Source of the DNA: Antedon mediterranea
Taxonomy: Eukaryota; Animalia; Echinodermata
Length of the DNA: 64,000 bases
Direction: 5' to 3'
Assembly (NCBI RefSeq): GCF_964355755.1
Contig: NC_092670.1
Location: 18,896,795 to 18,960,794, forward strand
The notes below the pieces were generated by a model, which saw only the letters and a program-made list of their open reading frames with translations, ran no database searches and was not told where the DNA came from. The position numbers were made by a program, and so were the translations under genes. Shown piece by piece: positions 28,201 to 40,200 of the stretch. How positions within the stretch are numbered: the stretch's first letter is position 1; each line of letters begins with the position of its first letter.

Positions 28201-31200
28201 TATTAGTTCAGCAGTCAAATGCCTATCTTTTATTTTATTATTAGTCCAGCAGTCAAATGCCTATCTTTTATTTTATTATTAGTTCAGCAGTCAAATGCCT
28301 ATCTTTTATTTTATTATTAGTCCAGCAGTCAAATACCTATCTTTTATTTTATTATTAGTCCAGCAGTCAAATGCCTATCTTTTATTTTATTATTAGTTCA
28401 GCAGTCAAATGCCTATCTTTTATTTTATTATTAGTCCAGCAGTCAAATGCCTATCTTTTATTTTATTATTAGTTCAGCAGTCAAATGCCTATCTTTTATT
28501 TTATTATTAGTCCAGCAGTCAAATGCCTATCTTTTATTTTATTATTAGTCCAGCAGTCAAATGCCTATCTTTTATTTTATTATTAGTTCAGCAGTCAAAT
28601 GCCTATCTTTTATTTTATTATTAGTTCAGCAGTCAAATGCCTATCTTTTATTTTATTATTAGTCCAGCAGTCAAATGCCTATCTTTTATTTTATTATTAG
28701 TCCAGCAGTCAAATACCTATCTTTTATTTTATTATTAGTTCAGCAGTCAAATACCTATCTTTTATTTTATTATTAGTCCAGCAGTCAAATGCCTATCTTT
28801 TATTTTATTATTAGTCCAGCAGTCAAATGCCTATCTTTTATTTTATTATTAGTCCAGCAGTCAAATGCCTATCTTTTATTTTATTATTAGTTCAGCAGTC
28901 AAATACCTATCTTTTATTTTATTATTAGTCCAGCAGTCAAATGCCTATCTTTTATTTTATTATTAGTCCAGCAGTCAAATGCCTATCTTTTATTTTATTA
29001 TTAGTTCAGCAGTCAAATGCCTATCTTTTATTTTATTATTAGTTCAGCAGTCAAATGCCTATCTTTTATTTTATTATTAGTTCAGCAGTCAAATGCCTAT
29101 CTTTTATTTTATTATTAGTCCAGCAGTCAAATACCTATCTTTTATTTTATTATTAGTTCAGCAGTCAAATGCCTATCTTTTATTTTATTATTAGTTCAGC
29201 AGCAAATGCCTATCTTTTATTTTATTATTAGTCCAGCAGTCAAATACCTATCTTTTATTTTATTATTAGTCCAGCAGTCAAATGCCTATCTTATTTTATT
29301 ATTAGTCCAGCAGTCAAATGCCTATCTTTTATTTTATTATTAGTTCAGCAGTCAAATGCCTATCTTTTATTTTATTATTAGTTCAGCAGTCAAATGCCTA
29401 TCTTTTATTTTATTATTAGTCCAGCAGTCAAATGCCTATCTTTTATTTTATTATTAGTCCAGCAGTCAAATGCCTATCTTTTATTTTATTATTAGTCCAG
29501 CAGTCAAATACCTATCTTTTATTTTATTATTAGTCCAGCAGTCAAATGCCTATCTTTTATTTTATTATTAGTTCAGCAGTCAAATGCCTATCTTTTATTT
29601 TATTATTAGTTCAGCAGTCAAATGCCTATCTTTTATTTTATTATTAGTCCAGCAGTCAAATGCCTATCTTTTATTTTATTATTAGTCCAGCAGTCAAATG
29701 CCTATCTTTTATTTTATTATTAGTCCAGCAGTCAAATGCCTATCTTTTATTTTATTATTAGTTCAGCAGTCAAATGCCTATCTTTTATTTTATTATTAGT
29801 TCAGCAGTCAAATGCCTATCTTTTATTTTATTATTAGTTCAGCAGTCAAATGCCTATCTTTTATTTTATTATTAGTTCAGCAGTCAAATGCCTATCTTTT
29901 ATTTTATTATTAGTTCAGCAGTCAAATGCCTATCTTTTATTTTATTATTAGTCCAGCAGTCAAATGCCTATCTTTTATTTTATTATTAGTCCAGCAGTCA
30001 AATACCTATCTTTTCTTTTATTATTAGTCCAGCAGTCAAATGCCTATCTTTTATTTTATTATTAGTCCAGCAGTCAAATGCCTATCTTTTATTTTATTAT
30101 TAGTCCAGCAGTCAAATGCCTATCTTTTATTTTATTATTAGTTCAGCAGTCAAATGCCTATCTTTTATTTTATTATTAGTTCAGCAGTCAAATGCCTATC
30201 TTTTCTTTTATTATTAGTCCAGCAGTCAAATGCCTATCTTTTATTTTATTATTAGTTCAGCAGTCAAATGCCTATCTTTTATTTTATTATTAGTCCAGCA
30301 GTCAAATGCCTATCTTTTATTTTATTATTAGTCCAGCAGTCAAATGCCTATCTTTTATTTTATTATTAGTTCAGCAGTCAAATGCCTATCTTTTATTTTA
30401 TTATTAGTTCAGCAGTCAAATGCCTATCTTTTATTTTATTATTAGTTCAGCAGTCAAATGCCTATCTTTTATTTTATTATTAGTTCAGCAGTCAAATGCC
30501 TATCTTTTATTTTATTATTAGTTCAGCAGTCAAATGCCTATCTTTTATTTTATTATTAGTTCAGCAGTCAAATGCCTATCTTTTATTTTATTATTAGTCC
30601 AGCAGTCAAATGCCTATCTTTTATTTTATTATTAGTCCAGCAGTCAAATACCTATCTTTTATTTTATTATTAGTCCAGCAGTCAAATGCCTATCTTTTAT
30701 TTTATTATTAGTCCAGCAGTCAAATGCCTATCTTTTATTTTATTATTAGTTCAGCAGTCAAATGCCTATCTTTTATTTTATTATTAGTTCAGCAGTCAAA
30801 TGCCTATCTTTTATTTTATTATTAGTCCAGCAGTCAAATGCCTATCTTTTATTTTATTATTAGTTCAGCAGTCAAATGCCTATCTTTTATTTTATTATTA
30901 GTTCAGCAGTCAAATGCCTATCTTTTATTTTATTATTAGTCCAGCAGTCAAATGCCTATCTTTTATTTTATTATTAGTTCAGCAGTCAAAGGCCTATCTT
31001 TTATTTTATTATTAGTTCAGCAGTCAAATGCCTATCTTTTATTTTATTATTAGTTCAGCAGTCAAATGCCTATCTTTTATTTTATTATTAGTTCAGCAGT
31101 CAAATGCCTATCTTTTATTTTATTATTAGTCCAGCAGTCAAATGCCTATCTTTTATTTTATTATTAGTTCAGCAGTCAAATGCCTATCTTTTATTTTATT

Positions 31201-34200
31201 ATTAGTCCAGCAGTCAAATGCCTATCTTTTATTTTATTATTAGTTCAGCAGTCAAATACCTATCTTTTATTTTATTATTAGTTCAGCAGTCAAATGCCTA
31301 TCTTTTATTTTATTATTAGTTCAGCAGCAAATGCCTATCTTTTATTTTATTATTAGTTCAGCAGTCAAATGCCTATCTTTTATTTTATTATTAGTCCAGC
31401 AGTCAAATACCTATCTTTTATTTTATTATTAGTTCAGCAGTCAAATGCCTATCTTTTATTTTATTATTAGTCCAGCAGTCAAATGCCTATCTTTTATTTT
31501 ATTATTAGTTCAGCAGTCAAATGCCTATCTTTTATTTTATTATTAGTCCAGCAGTCAAATGCCTATCTTTTATTTTATTATTAGTTCAGCAGTCAAATAC
31601 CTATCTTTTATTTTATTATTAGTTCAGCAGTCAAATGCCTATCTTTTATTTTATTATTAGTTCAGCAGTCAAATGCCTATCTTTTATTTTATTATTAGTC
31701 CAGCAGTCAAATGCCTATCTTTTATTTTATTATTAGTTCAGCAGTCAAATGCCTATCTTTTATTTTATTATTAGTCCAGCAGTCAAATGCCTATCTTTTA
31801 TTTTATTATTAGTTCAGCAGTCAAATGCCTATCTTTTATTTTATTATTAGTCCAGCAGTCAAATGCCTATCTTTTATTTTATTATTAGTCCAGCAGTCAA
31901 ATGCCTATCTTTTATTTTATTATTAGTTCAGCAGTCAAATGCCTATCTTTTATTTTATTATTAGTCCAGCAGTCAAATGCCTATCTTTTATTTTATTATT
32001 AGTTCAGCAGTCAAATGCCTATCTTTTATTTTATTATTAGTTCAGCAGTCAAATACCTATCTTTTATTTTATTATTAGTTCAGCAGTCAAATGCCTATCT
32101 TTTATTTTATTATTAGTCCAGCAGTCAAATGCCTATCTTTTCCATAACCTGGCAATGTTTTCTATCGTTTTCATTTATGGATTTGATTCTCAAGACCATT
32201 AGAATGGAGAATTATTTTACTGAAAGGCTGTCAGAATTGAGCAATTTGCATAATTAATATAAACAAAATTGCCACTATTTTTGTACAAGCATGCTATATC
32301 TCTGGAAATACTGGACGTATTGAGTTAATTTTGGTGTCAAATTGTTCACAATGTGTATGTTTATATTAGCTGTAATAGAACATTTTTTGTAAAATTGACA
32401 CACTTATTAGAATCATCATCATCATTACATCAACATCAAAGTATTACAAATGTTTTATCCACTCCTCTTCTAGTTGTTGAAGGTATCTACCTATTTACAA
32501 GTGGTATACCAGACCAGCTTCCAGATGTCATCTGCTCTTATGTTGAAGAAGCTTCAGTTGGCCAAGTCACAAAGATCCATACCATCCTCTTCAACGTTGA
32601 TGACTACGATTCTAACGGCGCCATCCCAGGACGCTATGCCAACATCACACAGACGGCAGAATGTCTGCGAAATCTTGCACATGTTAGTGGTGGTCGGTTT
32701 CATTGGTTCAGAGAGACTGGAATTATTGAGAGTGATGATATCAAAGCTATTTTAGCTGAGATGGATAGGGCTGTGAATTATTCTCAGAAAGTGAGTACTT
32801 CAATAATTCTGTCATCTTTGTTTTTTTTAATTTTTTTAAATTTTTTTTGCATATTAATATCTAATAGTTTATATTTCATAATAATTAGTAATCCATAATG
32901 ATATAATATGATTAGTTTCAATACTCTTTTGGTGGTGCAACTTGTAGTATCTATTTCATTCATTTATTATTGTTTTTCCTAATTTTTCATTTTCTAAATA
33001 GAAATAAAATAAATTGTATTGTATGGTAATACAATATAAGTTTTCAATATGTATAAATTCCATGTGTTTTACAATAAATTTGTATTTTAATTATTTGTTT
33101 CAGTGTGCAATGTTATTAGATACAGTAAAGAAGAGGATGCCAAGGACGAAACAAAATGTATGTATGATTCATTTTATTTTTTTTATTAATACACACAACA
33201 TAAAGCTCTGTCCACACTAGCAAATATGGTAGTGATATGACAGCATCGTGTGTGCACATCACATTTTTTGTCACATAAAGTTTGATAGTGTAAACAGAGC
33301 TTAACACTATGTTAACAAATTTGTTTACTGGAGTTGTTTTGTTTATCCATAGGGAGATTCAAGCAGCGGAAATGAATCAAAGATGTTACCGAAGAGACCT
33401 ACTTCAGGCAAGAAGGCTTTACCAGCAGCCCCTAGACATACTGAACTCAGTCGGGCTAGAATGGTAAGTACATTTCATATAGTAATAGCACTATGCATTA
33501 AATATGTATGCAAAGAATATGTCTATGGAGTTGAACAGAAATGAACAAATTAAATATAAATGGAAAAGTTATTTCATGAATAGTGTTTGCGTTTGAATAC
33601 ATATTTATGAGTATAATTGTACTTGAGCTTGACATCATTGTTTGTTGTCTTTTCTTTTAGGGACAAGATAGCCAAGAACATGAAGAGACTGTCAAAGCTA
33701 TTGGATGGCGTCCTATCAGTGCCAACAAAAATCTTATTCCAACAGGTAATGTTAGTTTTCAATGGTTAGAATTTGATTTGGAAAATACTATAATCATTGA
33801 CCTACTGTATGAGTAATGTGATGATAATACATCTAATTTCAGCTCCACAACCTCCTGTTATGTCAAAGAAATCAACGAAAGAAACAACTGCAAAGAAAAC
33901 AACTACATCTGTGAAAAATAAAAGAAACAAAGAAGTATTCTACACAGAATTCAGAAATGAAGTTGGTGAGTAATGCAATCTGATTAATAATCTCGCCCAC
34001 TAATTTGGGATTCTATTCTGTATTCTATCTCTATATATATATATATATATATATAAATCCAAAGGCAAATTACTGAAAAAAATGACAATGCTGTGGGTAT
34101 CAGTGGCTGGATCTCAATGGAGATACAAAAATAAAAAGCGAAAAGCTAAATCAAAACGATAAAGTAAACAGCCAGAAAAGTTAGCAGAGCTTTCGGGCAA

Positions 34201-37200
34201 GACTAGCCCTTCATCAGTGCAAGTGAAGGAATTTTGCCTGATTTGTTTATATATATATATATAAACAAATCAGGCAAAGAACATTAATTCTAAACCGCCC
34301 GGTGATATACTGAAATTTAATTAATTAATTTGAAACGATAAAGATGAGGAAATCTGTGAGAATGAGAAAAAGTCACCCCAACCGAGACTCGAACTCGGAC
34401 CGCCTGCTTGATATGCAGATGTCCTAACCATTAGACCACTGGGGCTTTCATGGTATTGTTCGAACTCGATTGGATAGCGACTCTTTAATATATATATATA
34501 TATATATATTCAAATATAGCTCTGCTAACTTTTCTGGCTGTTTTACTTTGTCGTTTTGATTTAGCCTTTCGCTTTTTTTTGTATCTCCATTGAGATACCC
34601 ACAGCATTGTCGTTTTTTCAGTATTTTGCCTTTGGATTTATATTTAAATATTATATTTATCATGAAATTGTTTGAATTTTTCAGGTGTTCTTCTCAATCC
34701 TGAACAAAAGAAGAAAAGGAAATTCAAACCCATAAACCATCCTATTATACCAGATAAAGAAGAACAAATCACAACCAAGTCTGTAAGTTTTATTAATTTA
34801 ATTATTAAATAAATATTATTAAATATAATTAAATTGCATTGACTTTATGAGTCCTCTACCCTGATGTGTTTTTATGTCATTATCTCAATAAATGATTATT
34901 ATCTCAATGAATGCATACTTTTATTTGTATTTATTTCAGTGGTTGAAGAAATATGGGCTGTCTAAACTGCGTTTGGATTTGAATAAGCTTGTCACCGGGC
35001 CGGACTGCGGCCACACTCAGAAGCATATTAGTACTCTCCGGAAGAACGTGTCTGCAAAATACTGTACCATATTTCCAAGTGTTAATATTAAGGTGCATAA
35101 TCTTTCCAATGTTTATATTTTTGTTACCATTATCTGCATCTCACCTTCCACCAATGTGTATTTATATTGGGTATACCTGATTATATTATAAAATTAATTA
35201 CTTCATTTTTCCATAACCATAAACATATATTTTCATATATCTTAAAGCATCACAATAATTGTTAAACTTTTTAATGCAGGGTACTGTGAAACATCTCCAG
35301 TTAAGGGCACATGAATTAAAAGAGTATGAAGATCAGGTGGCGGTTGTACTACGCAGGTACGTTATGCGTATGCAATGGTTGCTAGGCAGCAGCAGGAGGG
35401 TATTTGGATCAGTTATTGAAAAAAAGGTAAGAAATAAGTATAAATAACACCCTTATAGATAAAACCTTTTTTTAGTGTATATGGTTAGATTAAATGCGAG
35501 TGTATACAGTAGATAGACAAAAAGTAGACAAAATGGTGTATATTTTTTCTCATTTTCTGTTTTCTTCTGGTTTATATGATACTATAATTCCATATTACAA
35601 TGTTTTCTATTGTTGTCTTTGTTTTTTAAAGGTTGTGATACTTGTTGACACATCTGGGTCCATGGTGTACCACATGGATGAGCTTAAAAGAGAGCTGATT
35701 GCTTTGATATGGGAACAACTCAAGAAAGAAAATATAAGGTATGCCTATACCTTCTTTAATTCAATTCAATTCAAATCAACATTTATTTCTTCCACAATAA
35801 AATAACAAATATCCAATATATTGTAAAGTGAATGGTTTACAGCCAATGGCTTACAGTAAATCTTATAAGAAAGTTTAGTTTAAAGGCCTACTTCTGCACA
35901 CACACTTACAGTTTAACTGCCTTCTCTCACAATTTTTAATCAAGGTTACTCAAGAAATTAAAAGTATTATGCCCACATTTATCTAATGTTGCCTTCTTTT
36001 TGGGTGCATGCTAATGTTGCCAATGACTTATCCCATACCAAAGCTTTATTAAGGGCTACTTTAGCACAAAACGCAGTTACCACTAATCTTCTTCTTCTTC
36101 TAATTAGTTTCAACATCATCCGTTTCTCTGCTGATGTGGAACCATGGCGTCCGCGAGTAGTTGAACCAACCAATGAGAATTGTCACGATGCTGTTCGATG
36201 GCTATCCACATTTGTAGCAGGCGGTAATACTTGTACATTGGAAGCACTATCAGTAAGTAATTGTACCAATAGGTCTTGAGTGGATTAAAATAATAAAGAC
36301 CTCAGATTGGGATAAATTTGTATTTTCACATCTATAATCTTTTCTATAAAATAGAAAGTCAGTGTTTATTTTAACAATAGACCTCTTAAAAGTTGAAACA
36401 AATTCTCGATAGGCTTCCCATGAGTATTGAATTGTGGTATTGAATACAAATGCTACTCTCTGGCACTTTCAGCTATTAACCATTTGATTGATTGAAGTCT
36501 ATGTTTATATATAATGTTCAATAAAAAAGTAAACAATTTCATATATTTTTTTATAGTACGCTTTTGAGGATCCTCATATGACTGCGGTGTACATGTTGAC
36601 TGATGGCAAACCAGACTGTAGCACGTCACGTGTGCTACAGTCAGTAGCAAGCTTGAATACGGAGCGTCAAGTGAAAATAAATTCAATCTCTTTCAATTGT
36701 GAAGATGAGTAAGTTATATTGGTGGTGTGTGGCTATGAGCGCTCACTGGCTAAACCCTGAGCTTATGGGCCCCTGAGCAGTGCCCACAGGAAAATACAGG
36801 CATTAAAATATGTCAAAAAAAGGCTAAAAACGCTGAGGTCTCCAGCGTTGGAGGGCCACTTAGGGTTGCCAAACCAGGGGCCTCAGGGATCTACGTTACG
36901 CCACTAATTATATTATAATAATACTGCCTTTTCTAACCATAGTAGAATATCTTTTGTCACTTCCTTCTTTTGTCCTTCAGGTCACTCTTAATTCCTCTAT
37001 GCAAACACACTTCTTTTGTCCTGAACCTAAAATTGTATTCTCTCTATGGAATAAAATAGGCACAGATTAGAAGAATTGTTTAGTTTGTTCAGTGTTTTTA
37101 AAATAGCCTCTAAGCTTAGGATTTTTCTCATGGCTAAAAACATTGTTACTACCTAAACTTACAATAAGAAAGCATTAGTTGGATTGTCATCTTGTATTAT

Positions 37201-40200
37201 ACGTAAGTTATCTTTACCTGCAGAATCTGCGCTGAAATAACTAAGTCAGGATTATTTTTCAGAATTGTATTTTGTTAGCTTTAGAATGTTACTTATATTT
37301 AAATACATGCATTGGTTTTGATGTCACAAAATAACATAAATAAACTAAAGAAAAATGATCTTCAACCGCAGATAACTTGGACTTATGTTGTTAAAATAGC
37401 ATAAACATACTGTTATAAAGTTCAATATTTTCTTTTAATCCTTTCTAATCAACGAGATTATCTTGAAATCTCATAAACAGTACATTCTGATTTATCTTAA
37501 TCTTGTTGCTTGTCATCATTCGTCTTTTGACGGTCACATGACGAGAAGCGAATCCATTAACAGTGTTCTTATTTAATTCTCGTTGATGTTTTTGACCAAT
37601 TCGGTCTAATCCCCTGTGATAGCTTAATCTTCAAACAGCATAGTTAACATTTAGGTGTATTGCCCCTTTTAAAGTTAGTATAGGAAAAAAACATTCATTT
37701 ATTGAGAAGACCATCATAGATTGGTTTACTTTAGAATAGTAAACAAAGTTTTTCTTTTCAGAAAAAAATATATTTATTGTACTAGTACTTTTGTCTGTAA
37801 GCTATCACAAATTACTAAAGATGCAAGACATTCTTTATCATAGATTGTTTTACTTTATATAAACAAATCTGTCTATGTTACAACTTTGATTTTTATAGTT
37901 AGTATCAATATATCTTATTATTAGCAGAGTATTAGTCAAAAAGAGTGTACAAAATATGTAATGTGTTCTATTATTAAATTAGATTTAAATTTTTATTTCA
38001 GTACAGCAAATGTATTTCTTAAGCAACTAGCTGCTATGTCTAGGGGGCGCTATCACCGATGCTACGGACAGATGGATGGTGATATGTTTACCCACAAGCT
38101 TCTATCAGAAGGCTCTCAAGATGCCCAGGTAATAGCAAATGGGAATATTAGGTTGAAGAATATTCTGTTGTGGTAAAATTTCTCTCACTAAATCAAACCT
38201 CTTTGACTAGCAGTGGATGGAATGAGATTCTGATCTATTCCATTAATTTTGTATGCAACAACATTTTATGTAATAGCCTCTTTCTCTTTGTAAATGAGAC
38301 CCGCTATTTCTATCTTCGTTTTTCTCTCTTTCGTGTAAGCAACCCACTTTTATTTCATTCAAACTTTTATCATTACATAAAGTCAGCATTTTAAAAAGGA
38401 TATCAATAAAATCAATAAGAAATCTGTTTTTTTATATGGACAGCACATTAAGGCTGTAGCATAAAATGCACATTATTGTTTTATCCTTATTTTCCGTGTT
38501 AAGGTCAGAGAAATGAAGACATGTTGAAAAAACAACTATGCTGCTTATCATAATGTGAATTAATATTAATATTACAATCATTTTCTATCAACTTGTTTTA
38601 ACATGTTCAGTATGTGCTCTTAATTAATTCGTCACTTGAGGATGGTACAACAATAATTAATTAAAAGTGCTCTATGCATTATTAGTAATACATTAACACA
38701 CAGTTGATTTTCATTTTACATAATAAGCAAGTGTATCTAGCAATACATCTGCATTATTTAGAATTTTAGCGCTTTTAACCGGATTGTTCCAGTATTTGAA
38801 ATAATTGCCGTGAAGGTTAAACATTCTTGTTCATTCAAGTCATTAGAAGTCGTTTTTCTCTTGTGGCATACTACTACCACATTTATTCATTCATCAATTC
38901 ATATACAAATATTGCAACATTGAACACATTTATCAATACTTCATAAGCATAGGCAATCCAATGACATTTGTACAAAAAAGAACTATTATTATTATTTTAT
39001 AAGAATCAAATATTGGTAATAATTAGAATTGGGGTACTACTATCTTGTAAGCTGGGCTACTATACCAATATTAATATTTTATTTATTTATTTCATTTTAA
39101 CCTCCTTCTGCTCCTTCAATCAATGTTTTATTACAGTAGTATTCTATTTTCTAGTTTCCCCAGTTACCATGCTTTGAAGGGGATGATTTACGACTTCTTG
39201 GAGCAGAGATTAATCTGGCACGTCAGTTTTTGTCCCAATCCAGAACATTCCGGGATCTCTTTGCCACTACACCAAGCCCTCATGAGAACGGTAAGAACTA
39301 ATATAATTGTTTTATGAACTGAAACAAATTGATTGGGGTATGCGATCATTGTGGGGCATTTAGGGTATGCCATCATTTTGAGGCATGAAGGGTATGCGAT
39401 CAATGTGAGGCATGCAGGGTATGCGATCAATGTGAGGCATGCAGGGTATGCGATCATTGTGAGGCGCGTGGGATATGCCACTATTGTAAGGCGCTTGGGG
39501 TATGCCACTATTGTAAGGCGCTTGGGGTATGCCACTATTGTAAGGCGCTTGGGGTATGCGATCATTGTGAGGCACATGGGGTATGCGATCATTGTGAGGC
39601 ACATGGGGTATGCGATCATTGTTATGCATGTGGGGTATGCGATCATTGTTATGCATGTGGGGTATGCGATCATTGTTATGCATGTGGGGTATACCATCAT
39701 TGTAAGGCATGCGGTGTATGCCATCATTGTGAGGCATGCGGTGTATATGCCATCATTGTGAGGCATGCGATGTATGCGATCATTGTTATGCATGTGGGGT
39801 ATACCGTCATTGTAAGGCATGCGGTGTATGCCATCATTGTGAGGCATGCGGTGTATGCGATCATTGTTATGCATGTGGGGTATACCGTCATTGTAAGGCA
39901 TGCGGTGTATGCGATCATTGTTATGCATGTGGTGTATGCCATCATTGTGAGGCATGCGGTGTATGCGATCATTGTTATGCATGTGGGGTATACCGTCATT
40001 GTAAGGAATGCGGTGTATGCCATCATTGTGAGGCATGCGGTGTATGCGATCATTGTTATGCATGTGGGGTATACCGTCATTGTAAGGCATGCGGTGTATG
40101 AGATCATTGTTATGCATGTGGGGTATACCGTCATTGTGAGGCACATGGGGTATGCGATCATTGTTATGCATGTGGGGTATGCGATCATTGTTATGCATGT

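Larger units (their letters stand above)
34033..34645. mobile_element. Inverted-repeat composite, Penelope-like pseudo-LTR/retrozyme-type, embedded in (TA)n tracts
   Basis: About 34052-34191 is the reverse complement of about 34518-34643. Three (TA)n tracts at about 34033, 34248 and 34488. Contains the hammerhead and tRNA-like features listed below. Confidence 0.65.

Noticed and set aside
27168-32141. CRISPR-like array
   Set aside because: Contiguous 38-bp units with no unique spacers, in a eukaryotic intron with no cas genes.
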